Shown piece after piece: positions 1 to 9,000 of a stretch of DNA of 55,714 bases; positions within the stretch are counted from its first letter, which is position 1, and every line of letters begins with the position of its first letter. The position numbers were made by a program, and so were the translations under genes. The DNA is from Verrucomicrobiota bacterium. GTDB taxonomy: Bacteria > Verrucomicrobiota > Verrucomicrobiia > Opitutales > Opitutaceae. The DNA lies in the NCBI GenBank assembly GCA_016209255.1, contig JACQWL010000350.1, positions 1 to 55,714 of the forward strand. Direction: 5' to 3'. The notes beneath the pieces are model-generated. The model was not told where the DNA came from and did not search any database. It saw only the letters and a list, made by a program, of their open reading frames with translations.

Positions 1-1
1 C

Positions 2-154
2 ATCAAGGTCGTACCGATCGATGACAACGTGATCGAGCTACAGGAGACGGAGATCGTGAGCATTTCAGCCGAAGCGAGGTATCAAACCGGCCCGCGCAAC
101 ATCGCGACTGTCGCGATCCTCGCCAACGATCTACTGCCTCTTCCGCTCTTGTAA
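2..154 (+). CDS. C-terminal fragment of a Calx-beta domain-containing secreted protein (partial, runs off window)
   Basis: Frame 2 reads IKVVPIDDNVIELQETEIVSISAEARYQTGPRNIATVAILANDLLPLPLL-stop (TAA 152-154). The PIDD..E..ET...ATV.I..ND pattern is typical of Calx-beta. Confidence 0.7.
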   Translation: MKVVPIDDNVIELQETEIVSISAEARYQTGPRNIATVAILANDLLPLPLL

Positions 155-214
155 GGCACAAGTGGGCAATACCCTGCCGCCGGCGCACGTTTATGCTCCG
201 GCGGCGCGCCGCTT

Positions 215-260
215 AGTAGGTATCTACCTACTGTGTGCCGCGGCCCAGTGCCAATAAACT
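215..260 (+). promoter_or_regulatory. Perfect 8-2-8 dyad AGTAGGTA-TC-TACCTACT (215-232) plus -10-like TAAACT (255-260)
   Basis: Exact inverted repeat, 22 nt before TAAACT, upstream of ATG 270. Related sites at 948, 3839 and 5960. Confidence 0.65.
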
Positions 261-269
261 CACCGGCAA

Positions 270-908
270 ATGAAACTCTCCGCCGCCACGCCGGGCCATT
301 TTCATCTTCTCGTAATCGAGGATGCGCCGCAAGACTTCGAACTCATCGAGCACGAACTTCAACAGGGCGGCCTGCAGTTCAGCTCCAAGCGAATCGACAC
401 CCTTGAGGAACTATCGCGCGAACTCCACGCGCAGCCGCCGTCGGTGGTGTTGTGCGATCACGGCAACGCCCGGCTCGACAGCTTCACTGTGCTGGACATC
501 GTGCGGGCGCATTCCAAGGCGCTGCCGTTCATCGTCGTGACCGGCTCGCTGGATGAGGTTCAGGTGGCGAATGTCTTCGAGCGTGGCGCCGACGATTGCG
601 TGCTCAAGCACCGGCTGGCCGATTTGGTGCCCGCGGTGCAATTTGCGCTGCGCCTCGGCGAAGCGCGCCAGAAGCTGGCCGCAGTCACGGAGGAGCGGGA
701 TCGCCTGCGCGCCGAATTCGACGCCTGGCGCTTCGGTCATCCGCGTCGCCCGACCGCCGTGCCGATTTGCGCGGGGTGCAAAAAAATCCGCGAACCCCAC
801 GGTGACTGGCAACAACTGGAGCTCTACTTTCGCGACCACTTCAACATCGGCTTCAGTCACGGACTTTGCCCGCATTGCATGAAAGAGTATTCCGGCGGAC
901 GCGCGTGA
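270..908 (+). CDS. Response regulator: REC domain, short coiled coil, C-terminal Cys/His Zn-finger-like tail
   Basis: LVIED...VVLCD...VVTG...VLK receiver motifs; tail PICAGCKKIR...W...FSHGLCPHC. Confidence 0.85.
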   Translation: MKLSAATPGHFHLLVIEDAPQDFELIEHELQQGGLQFSSKRIDTLEELSRELHAQPPSVVLCDHGNARLDSFTVLDIVRAHSKALPFIVVTGSLDEVQVANVFERGADDCVLKHRLADLVPAVQFALRLGEARQKLAAVTEERDRLRAEFDAWRFGHPRRPTAVPICAGCKKIREPHGDWQQLELYFRDHFNIGFSHGLCPHCMKEYSGGRA

Positions 909-947
909 GCCGCCGCGTCGGAATCTGGGGACATGCACCGGCGGACT

Positions 948-994
948 AGCGGGTCTTTACCCACTGAGCCTTCCTTGCGCTGCCGGTGTAGTTT
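948..994 (+). promoter_or_regulatory. Dyad AGCGGGTC-TT-TACCCACT (948-965) plus -10-like TAGTTT (989-994)
   Basis: Matches the 215-232 dyad; 23 nt before TAGTTT; upstream of ATG 1031. Confidence 0.55.
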
Positions 995-1030
995 TGGTCA
1001 CCGCGCCGGCCCCGTCGTGACGCGGCGAAC

Positions 1031-3331
1031 ATGAGGAAGGAACTTCACATCCTGATCGTGGAAGACGTGCCCGCCGACGTCGTGCTCATCAACCATGAGC
1101 TGCGCAAGGGCGGCCTCAGCTTTCGCTCCAAGCGCGTGGAGACGAAAGACGATTTTCTCCGCGAGCTAAGGCTGCGCCCACCCGATTTGATTCTCTCGGA
1201 TCACGGGCTGCCGCAATTCGACGGGTTTGCGGCGCTCGCCCTCGCGCGCGCCCACTGTCCCGACGTGCCGTTCCTCTTTGTCACCGGCGCGATGGGCGAG
1301 GAAGTCGCCATCGAAAGTTTGAAAGGCGGGGCGGCCGACTATGTGCTCAAGGGCCGGCTCGAAACGCTCGTCCCGGCCGTGCTGCGCGCGCTCCGCCTCG
1401 CGGATGAACGGCGGAAGCGGCTCGAGGCCGAGGGCGCGCTGAGCGAGAGCGAAGAGCAATTCCGCATGTTGGTCGGGGGCGTGAAGGACTACGCCATCTT
1501 CATGCTCGACGCCGGGGGCCGCGTGACCACCTGGAACGCCGGCGCCGAATCGATCATCGGCTATTCCGCCCCCGAGGTCCTCGGCCGCCATTACTCCTGC
1601 ATCTACCCTCCTGACGAAATCGAGCGCGGCCGGCCGCAGGAAATCCTGCACCTCGCCGCCACCGAGGGCCGCTGCGAACGCGAAGCGCGCCGGGTGCGCA
1701 AGGACGGCGGCCGTTTCTGGGCGCACATCGTGGTGTCGGCGCTGCGGCGGCCGGACGGATCGTTGCGCGGCTATGCCGTCGTCACGCGCAACATCACCGA
1801 GCAAAAACGCATGGCCGAGTTGCCTGCACGGCTCGCCGCGATCGTGCAGGGTTCCGACGACGCCATCATCAGCCAGACGCTCGACGGGGTCATCACGAGT
1901 TGGAACCGCGCTGCGGAAAAGCTTTTCGGCTACACGGAGGACGAGGCCATCGGCCAGCCCGACACGATGGTGCTGCCGCCCGAGCGTGCCACCGAGGAGG
2001 CGGAAATCCTGGCGCGGATCGCCCGCGGTGAAGGGATCGACTACTTCGAGACGGTGCGCGTGAAAAAGAACGGCGGGCGCGTCAACGTCGCCGTGACCAT
2101 CTCGCCGATCCGCGACAGCGAGGACCGGGTGATCGGCGCCTCGACAATTGCGCGCGACATGACCGAGCACAATCGCGCCGCCGAGGATCTCCGCCGCAGC
2201 GAGGCGCGGCACACGGCCATCCTCGACGCCGCGCTCGACGCCATCCTCTCCATCGACCACCTGGGCGTCATCCAGGACTGGAATTCTGCCGCCGAGCGCA
2301 TGTTTGGTTACACGCGCGTCGCGGCACTCGGGCACCGGATCGACGACTTGATCATCCCGTCCGCCCTGCTGCAGATTTACCGCGACGGTCTCGCCCACTA
2401 TTTGATCACTGGCGCCGGCAGTCTGATCGGCCGGCCAATCGAGCTGAGCGCCTGCCGCGCCGACGGCACCGAGCTGGCCGTCGAACTCGGCATCACGCAC
2501 ATTCCCGGCTCCGAACCGCCACTCTACACTGCGGTCATCCGCGACATCACCGCGCGCAAGCAGGCCGAGGCCGAGGTGCACCGTCTCAACGCCGGACTCG
2601 AACTGCGCGTGCGCGAGCGCACCGCGGAACTCGTATCGGCCAACGAGGAACTCGAGTCATTCAGCTATTCTGTGTCGCACGATCTCCGTGCGCCGTTGCG
2701 GCACATCTCCGGCTTCATCGAAATGCTGCAGCAACGCACCACGCGGCAACTCGACGACGAGGGCCGGCGGCTCGTGCAAGACATCGCCGACTCCGCGCGC
2801 CGGATGAGCCGGTTGATCGATGCCCTGCTCGATTTTTCGCGGCTGGGCCGGACCGAGCTGCGCAAGACCCGCGTGCCACTTGGCGGGCTCGTGCAATCGG
2901 CGCAGGCCGAGCTGCGCGACGAACTCAAGGACCGCAAGATAGAATGGATCATCGGTGCGCTGCCGGAAGCGGAGGTCGATCCCGCGTTGATGCTGCAGGT
3001 GTTGATCAATCTGTTTTCCAACGCCCTCAAATTCACGCGGCCCCGCGCGGTTGCGCGCCTCACGGTCGACGTGCGCGCCGAGCCGGGCGAGCTGATCGGT
3101 TTCGTGCGCGACAATGGCGTCGGCTTCGACAGGCGCTACGCCGACAAGCTGTTTGGTGTCTTCCAGCGCCTCCATCGCGCGAGCGAGTTCGAAGGCACGG
3201 GCATCGGCCTCGCCACGGTGCGGCTCATCATCCATCGCCACGGCGGCCGGACATGGGCGGAAGGCACGCCGGACGGCGGTGCGACATTCTATTTTTCCCT
3301 GCCAGCAACAACGGAGGAGCCCCATGAGTAA
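1031..3331 (+). CDS. Cytoplasmic hybrid sensor histidine kinase (REC - 3x PAS/PAC - HisKA - HATPase)
   Basis: N-terminal REC (IVED, ILSD); three PAS repeats (WN.GAE / WN.AAE); H-box FSYSVSHDLRAPLR, N-box NLFSNALKF, G1 DNGVGFD, G2 GTGIGLA; no TM segment seen. Confidence 0.95.
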   Translation: MRKELHILIVEDVPADVVLINHELRKGGLSFRSKRVETKDDFLRELRLRPPDLILSDHGLPQFDGFAALALARAHCPDVPFLFVTGAMGEEVAIESLKGGAADYVLKGRLETLVPAVLRALRLADERRKRLEAEGALSESEEQFRMLVGGVKDYAIFMLDAGGRVTTWNAGAESIIGYSAPEVLGRHYSCIYPPDEIERGRPQEILHLAATEGRCEREARRVRKDGGRFWAHIVVSALRRPDGSLRGYAVVTRNITEQKRMAELPARLAAIVQGSDDAIISQTLDGVITSWNRAAEKLFGYTEDEAIGQPDTMVLPPERATEEAEILARIARGEGIDYFETVRVKKNGGRVNVAVTISPIRDSEDRVIGASTIARDMTEHNRAAEDLRRSEARHTAILDAALDAILSIDHLGVIQDWNSAAERMFGYTRVAALGHRIDDLIIPSALLQIYRDGLAHYLITGAGSLIGRPIELSACRADGTELAVELGITHIPGSEPPLYTAVIRDITARKQAEAEVHRLNAGLELRVRERTAELVSANEELESFSYSVSHDLRAPLRHISGFIEMLQQRTTRQLDDEGRRLVQDIADSARRMSRLIDALLDFSRLGRTELRKTRVPLGGLVQSAQAELRDELKDRKIEWIIGALPEAEVDPALMLQVLINLFSNALKFTRPRAVARLTVDVRAEPGELIGFVRDNGVGFDRRYADKLFGVFQRLHRASEFEGTGIGLATVRLIIHRHGGRTWAEGTPDGGATFYFSLPATTEEPHE

Positions 3332-3791
3332 CCCCCTGATCACCCTGGTCGCCGACGACGATGAGAACGACCTGAACATGACGCTCGCCGCGCTCGCCTG
3401 CCGCGGGGCCCAGTCGAAGGTGTTCGCCGTGCACGACGGTGCCGAAGCGATGGACTATCTGCTGAGCCGCGGTGATTTCAAATCGCGCATGGCTGGCAAC
3501 CCCAAGGTTTTGCTGCTCGACCTCAACATGCCACGGCTCGATGGCTGGGAAGTGCTCCGCCAGATCAAGGCCGACGCGCGGCTGAAGACGATTCCGGTCG
3601 TGATCTTCACGTCATCGAAACGCGAGCGCGACGTGCGGGAAAGCTACGAACTCGGCGCCAATGCTTACGTCGTGAAACCAATCGACTACGGTGAATTCAC
3701 CAACGCGATCCTCGAAATTCAGTCGTTCTGGACGGAGCGCAACGTGCCGCCGCCCGTGCCGGGCCGATTATTCAGCCCCGCCGCGAGTTGA
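3324..3791 (+). CDS. Single-domain response regulator, Rcp1-like
   Basis: ATG 3324 after GGAGG, overlapping the kinase end; VADDD, LLLDLNMPRLDG, IPVVIFTSS, GANAYVVKP. Confidence 0.92.
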   Translation: MSNPLITLVADDDENDLNMTLAALACRGAQSKVFAVHDGAEAMDYLLSRGDFKSRMAGNPKVLLLDLNMPRLDGWEVLRQIKADARLKTIPVVIFTSSKRERDVRESYELGANAYVVKPIDYGEFTNAILEIQSFWTERNVPPPVPGRLFSPAAS

Positions 3792-3838
3792 GATTTCTTC
3801 GCTCGTCGCCGAACCGGTGGGCCAATGCCGCGGTCTGT

Positions 3839-3884
3839 TTACGGCATTTGCCCCATGGCGCGACTGGGCGGCGGCGGCGACAAT
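3839..3884 (+). promoter_or_regulatory. Degenerate dyad TTACGGCA-TT-TGCCCCAT (3839-3856) plus -10-like GACAAT (3879-3884)
   Basis: Weak match to the shared dyad, but the same 22-nt spacing to a -10-like hexamer upstream of GTG 3926. Confidence 0.35.
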
Positions 3885-3925
3885 CGATGCCACACCGTGG
3901 TGGCACCTGCCAGCGGCACTCCCAC

Positions 3926-5029
3926 GTGAAAAAAGACATTCGCATCCTTCTCCTCGAGGACGAAATCGCCGACGCTGAGTTGGTGAAGTATGCGCTGGGC
4001 CAGAGCGGTCTGACGTTTTCGTTCGGACGCGTGGAGACGCGCGATGAATTTGTGCAGCATCTCGCCGATTCGCCTCCCAGCTTGATCCTTTCCGACTACC
4101 AGCTGCCCGGTTTCGACGGCCTCGCTGCCCTGGAGGTCGCCCGCGAAAAACTGCCCGACGTGCCGTTCATCTTTGTCACTGGCACCCTCGGCGAGGAGCG
4201 GGCGATCGAAACGCTCCGGCGTGGCGCGACGGACTACGTGCTCAAGACGCGCCTCCACGCTCTGGCACCCGCGGTGCACCGCGCGTTGCGCGAGGCCGAT
4301 GAGCGCGCGGAGCGCAGGCGCGCCGAGGAGCGCCTGCGCGAATCCTCCGAGCAGCTCCGCGCGCTCTCTGTCTACCTGCAATACGTGCGCGAGGAGGAGC
4401 GCACGCGCATCGCCCGTGAGGTGCATGACGAACTCGGGCAGTCGCTCTCGAGCCTCAAGCTCGACCTCGCGTGGTTCTCCAGCCGTCTGCCCAAGGGCAC
4501 GAAAGAACTGACCGGCAAAATCAACGAGATGTCCCGGCGCATCGACACCACCATCCACACCGTCCGCCGCATCGCGACGGAATTGCGGCCTGGAATCCTC
4601 GATGACCTCGGTCTCGTCGCCGCGCTCGAGTGGCAGGGAAAAGATTTTCAAAATCGCACGGGCATTTTTTGCGAAGTCGTCGCTGCCATCCGCGACCATG
4701 GCCTCGACGCCGACCTCAACACGGCGTTCTTCCGCATTTTTCAGGAAACACTCACGAACATCATGCGCCACGCCAACGCAACTCGCGTGGACGTCCGTCT
4801 CACCGATGAGCACGACCGCCTCGTCTTGACCGTGCAGGACAACGGTCGCGGCATCACCGCCGCGGAGATCCGCGACACCAAATCCATCGGCCTGCTCGGC
4901 ATGTGCGAACGCGCCGCGCTGCTCGGCGGCGAAGTCAGTTTCCACGGCGAGCCCGGCCGCGGTACCCTCGTCACCGTGAGCATTCCACTGCCGCGCGCCC
5001 GGGGTCCGCGCGGCGGCCTCCTTCCATGA
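3926..5029 (+). CDS. REC - HisKA_3 - HATPase sensor kinase (NarX/UhpB class)
   Basis: Likely GTG start 3926 (MKKDIRILLLED); EERTRIAREVHDELGQ H-box, QETLTNIMRHA, DNGRG, GLLGMCERA. Confidence 0.93.
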   Translation: MKKDIRILLLEDEIADAELVKYALGQSGLTFSFGRVETRDEFVQHLADSPPSLILSDYQLPGFDGLAALEVAREKLPDVPFIFVTGTLGEERAIETLRRGATDYVLKTRLHALAPAVHRALREADERAERRRAEERLRESSEQLRALSVYLQYVREEERTRIAREVHDELGQSLSSLKLDLAWFSSRLPKGTKELTGKINEMSRRIDTTIHTVRRIATELRPGILDDLGLVAALEWQGKDFQNRTGIFCEVVAAIRDHGLDADLNTAFFRIFQETLTNIMRHANATRVDVRLTDEHDRLVLTVQDNGRGITAAEIRDTKSIGLLGMCERAALLGGEVSFHGEPGRGTLVTVSIPLPRARGPRGGLLP

Positions 5030-5655
5030 GAATATTGATTGCCGACGATCACGCCGTGGTGCGCCAGGGCTTGAAGCAAATTCTGGCCGATGAGTTCAGC
5101 CGCGCCGTCTTCGGCGAAGCCTCCAATGCGGCCGAGGCGATCGAGCGCGTCTGGAAGGAGCACTGGGATGTCGTCATCCTCGACATCACGATGCCGGGCC
5201 GCACCGGTCTTGAAGTTCTCGCCGAAATAAAGAAAACACGCCCTCGCCTGCCCGTGCTCGTGCTCTCGATGCACCCCGAGGATCAGTTTGCCATGCGCGT
5301 GCTCAAGAGTGGCGCGGCCGGTTATATGACGAAGGAAAGCGCCCCCGCCGAGCTCGTCGGGGCGATCAAGAAAGTTCTCGGCGGCGGCCGCTACGTCAGC
5401 GCCACGCTCGCCGAGCAAATGGCGACCTATCTCACCACTGACGCGCAGACCCCGCCCCACGAACGGCTTTCCGATCGCGAGTTCCTCGTGTTGCGCCTGC
5501 TCGCGGCCGGCAAAACCGTGAGCAGGATCGCCAGCGAACTCTCACTCAGCGTCAAGACCATCAGCACTTATCGCACGCGGCTGCTGGAAAAAATGCACAT
5601 GACCTCGACCGCGGAGCTCATGCACTACGCAATCTCCAATCACCTCGTGAAGTGA
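5026..5655 (+). CDS. NarL/FixJ (UvrY-like) response regulator transcription factor, REC + LuxR HTH
   Basis: ATGA overlap with kinase stop; MRILIADDHAVVRQG, ILDITMPG, LSDREFLVLRLLAAGKTVSRIASELSLSVKTISTYR. Confidence 0.95.
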   Translation: MRILIADDHAVVRQGLKQILADEFSRAVFGEASNAAEAIERVWKEHWDVVILDITMPGRTGLEVLAEIKKTRPRLPVLVLSMHPEDQFAMRVLKSGAAGYMTKESAPAELVGAIKKVLGGGRYVSATLAEQMATYLTTDAQTPPHERLSDREFLVLRLLAAGKTVSRIASELSLSVKTISTYRTRLLEKMHMTSTAELMHYAISNHLVK

Positions 5656-5825
5656 AGGACGTGAAGACGCAGGAGGACATGCTGAAACAAAACCTGCGCA
5701 CCGCCAGGAAGGCCAAGGAAGACGAGTGGCCCAACCAGCGCGCATTGCTCGCCTCCAGCTACGGGGACTACGCCGGTGCCGTCGCGCGCCTCGAAGCCGC
5801 CGCCTCCGGCAGCCCACCGAGGTAA
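5652..5825 (+). CDS. Small (57 aa) helical hypothetical protein or gene remnant
   Basis: GTGA overlap with the regulator stop; MKDVKTQEDMLKQNLRTARKAKEDEWPNQRALLASSYGDYAGAVARLEAAASGSPPR; GC3-rich codons; lies before the terminator. Confidence 0.45.
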   Translation: MKDVKTQEDMLKQNLRTARKAKEDEWPNQRALLASSYGDYAGAVARLEAAASGSPPR

Positions 5826-5876
5826 CCGCCGGGGCACCGCTCGCGGCGGCCCCGTTCCTCAAGACCTGAAAACCAA

Positions 5877-5911
5877 CAGGCCCGGGATTCGCGTCTCGGG
5901 CCTGATTCGTT
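5877..5911 (+). terminator. Probable intrinsic terminator ending the signalling operon
   Basis: CAGGCCCGGGA-TTCGCG-TCTCGGGCCTG hairpin followed by ATTCGTT (weak U tract). Confidence 0.55.
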
Positions 5912-5959
5912 CCCGCCGGGCCCCGTGGGCCGGGGCTCTGGGGTTTTCGCCGCGGATAT

Positions 5960-6005
5960 TGGAGGGCTTCACCCACTGAATTTGTTTTCGAAAGTGCGCT
6001 AAATT
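5960..6005 (+). promoter_or_regulatory. Putative NRPS operon promoter: dyad TGGAGGGC-TT-CACCCACT (5960-5977) plus -10-like TAAATT (6000-6005)
   Basis: Right half-site ACCCACTG is identical to the 948 site; same 22-nt spacing to a TANNNT hexamer; ATG at 6030. Confidence 0.55.
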
Positions 6006-6029
6006 GGCCGGCGTCAGCCCACGAACCCG

Positions 6030-9000
6030 ATGTCTCAGGAATCTGTCACCGACGCATTTCCGCTGTCCCCGATGCAGCAAGGCATGCTGTTTCACAGCCT
6101 GTATTCGGCGCGGCCGGGAGTGAATCTCGAGCAGGTGGTGATCGGCTTGCCCGAGGAGATCGACGCGCGCGCGATGGCGGAGGCGTGGCGATGGGCGCTC
6201 GGGCGGCACGCGATCCTGCGCACCGCGTTGCGCTGGGAAGGGATTGAGCAACCCCGGCAGGAAGTGCACGCGCGCCTGCCCTTCGAATTTGCGGTGCACG
6301 ACTGGAGCGATCTGTCCGGAGCGGCGCGGCGCCGGCAGTTTGAAAATTTTCTGCTCGCCGATCGCGCGCGCGGGTTTCGCCTCGATGTCGCGCCGCTGTG
6401 GCGCGTCGCGCTGCTGCAAACCGGCGGGGAGGAGCACCGGCTCGTGTTTTCGTTTCACCACCTGCTGCTCGATGGCCGCGCGCTCGCCGTGCTGCTCAAC
6501 GAAGCGCTCACGGCGTGTGACGGGTTTCGACATGGGCTCGAGCCGGACTTGCCACCGCCGGTGCCCTACCGTCACTACATCGACTGGTTGGGAGCGCAGG
6601 ACTGGCGGGAGGGCGAACTATTCTGGCGACGGGCGCTCCGCGATTTCGTCGTTCCGACGCGGCTCGACCTTTCCCGTTCGACGAACGTGGACCATGGGCG
6701 AGCGACCGGCCCGCGCGAACTGCAAGCCGAAGTCCCGTCCGAACTCGCCGCGGCGTTGCGCGGGCTCGCGAAATCCCACGGCCTCACCCTCAACACGTTT
6801 GTCCAAGGCGCATGGGCGCTGCTGCTCGGGCGTTACAGCGGAGAGGACGACGTGGTATTCGGCGCGGTGCGCGCATGCCGGCACTCCACGGTCGAGGGGG
6901 CCGACAGCATTGTGGGCCTGCTGATTAACACCTTGCCGCTGCGTGTGCCGCTGCCCCCCGATTTGGCGGTGCTCGCTTGGTTGCAGCGGCTCCGCGAGAC
7001 GTGGATCTCACTCCGGCCTTACGAGCACACGCCGCTGCCCGATATCCAAGGTTGGAGCGAAGTGCCCAGTGGCACACCGCTATTCGAGACCATCGTCAGC
7101 TATCAGGAACCGAGTTGGGATGCGGCGCTGCAAGCTCAGGGCGGCGCGTGGGCGCGGCGACAGTTCGCGATTCGCAGCCAGCCGAACTATCCGCTCGCAC
7201 TCGACGCCGTCGGCGGCACGGCGCTGTCGTTGAAAATTGTTTTCGACGCGAGCCGGTTCGAATCCGCGACCGTCCGCCGGATGCTCGGCCATCTCAAGAC
7301 GCTGCTCGCCGCCTTCGCGGCCGATCCGCGGCAACGGCTCGCCGATCTGCCCTTGCTCACGCCCGGCGAGCACGAGCAGTTCAACGAGTGGAACCGCACG
7401 CACGCCGACTACCCGCGAGACCGGTGCGTTCACCAGCTCTTCGAGGCGCAGGCGAGCCGCACGCCCGCCGCACTCGCCGTGGCGGACACGCGCCGGCAAC
7501 TTTCCTATCGCGAGCTGGACGCCGAGTCCGACGTGCTCGCGCGGCGGCTGCGCACACTCGGCGTCGCAACTGCCGTGTGCGTTGGCGTGTGCCTGGAGCG
7601 CTCGGTGGAATTGGTCGTGAGTCTGCTCGCCGTGCTGAAAGCCGGCGGCGCCTACGTGCCGCTCGACCCGGCGTATCCCGGTGAGCGGTTGGCGTTCCTG
7701 CTCGAGGATGCGCAATCGGCGGTCGTGGTCGCGTTGCGCAAACACGCCCCCGCACTCGCGTCCGCCCGCGTGCCACTCCTCTGCCTTGACGACGCGACCG
7801 ACCCGCCCAACGCCTCGGCGCGCGCCAGCGCCGTGCTCACGCGGCTCAGTTCCGAACACCTCGCCTACGTTATCTACACGTCCGGTTCGACGGGTGCGCC
7901 GAAGGGTGTCGAGATCCGCCACCGCAGCCTCGTGAACCTCCTCACGTGGCACCAGCGCGCCTACCGCATCACGGCGGCCGATCGCGCCACGCTGATCGCG
8001 AGCCCGGCCTTCGACGCATCCGCATGGGAACTGTGGCCCTACCTCGCAGCGGGGGCGAGCATCCACATTCCGGACGAGGAAACACGCGTGTCGCCTGCGC
8101 TGCTCGTCCGCTGGCTTGCCGCGCGGCGCATCACGCTCAGTTTTTTGCCCACGCCGCTGGCGGAAGCCGTGATGGACGAAGCGTGGCCCGCGGACGTCGC
8201 GCTGCGCGGCGTTCTCACCGGCGGCGACAAACTTCGCCGCCGGCCCGGCAAGAAGTTTCCGTGTGCGCTCATCAATCACTACGGCCCGACGGAAAGCACG
8301 GTCGTCACCACGAGTGCGGCGGTCGCGCCGCACGCGTCTGCGCCACCGCCGATCGGTGGGCCCATCGCCAACACCGAGGTGCACGTGCTCGATCACCGGC
8401 GGCGACTCGTGCCGGTCGGCCTGGCCGGCGAACTTTTCATCGGCGGCGACGGCCTCGCGCGAGGCTACCGGCAGCAGCCGGCGCTGACGGCCGAAAAATT
8501 TGTGCGCCATCCCTTCGACCGCACGCCGGGCGCGCGGCTCTATCAGACCGGCGATCTCGTGCGCTGGCGCGAAGACGGCGAGCTCGAGTTTCTCAGCCGG
8601 ATCGATCAGCAGGTGAAAATCCGCGGCCACCGCATCGAGCCCGGCGAAATCGAGGCGCTGCTGAACGGCCATCCAGGCGTGCGCGAGAGCCTCGTGATCG
8701 CGCGCGAAGATGCGCGGTCCGAGCCACAACTCATCGCATATCTTATCGCGCCGCCCGCCGGCCCGCCCGCCGTCTCCGATCTTGTCGCGTTTTTGCGCGC
8801 GAGACTGCCGGGCTACATGGTGCCGGTCGCGTTCCTCCGGCTCGAAACCTGGCCGCTCACCCCGAACGGCAAGATCGACCGCCGCGCGCTGCCCGCGCCC
8901 ACCCCCGCGAGCCGCCGCTCCAACCCGCCGTTCGCCTCGCCGCGCACGCCGGCCGAGGAGACCGTCGCCCGCGTGTGGACCGAAGTGCTGGGCCGTCCGG

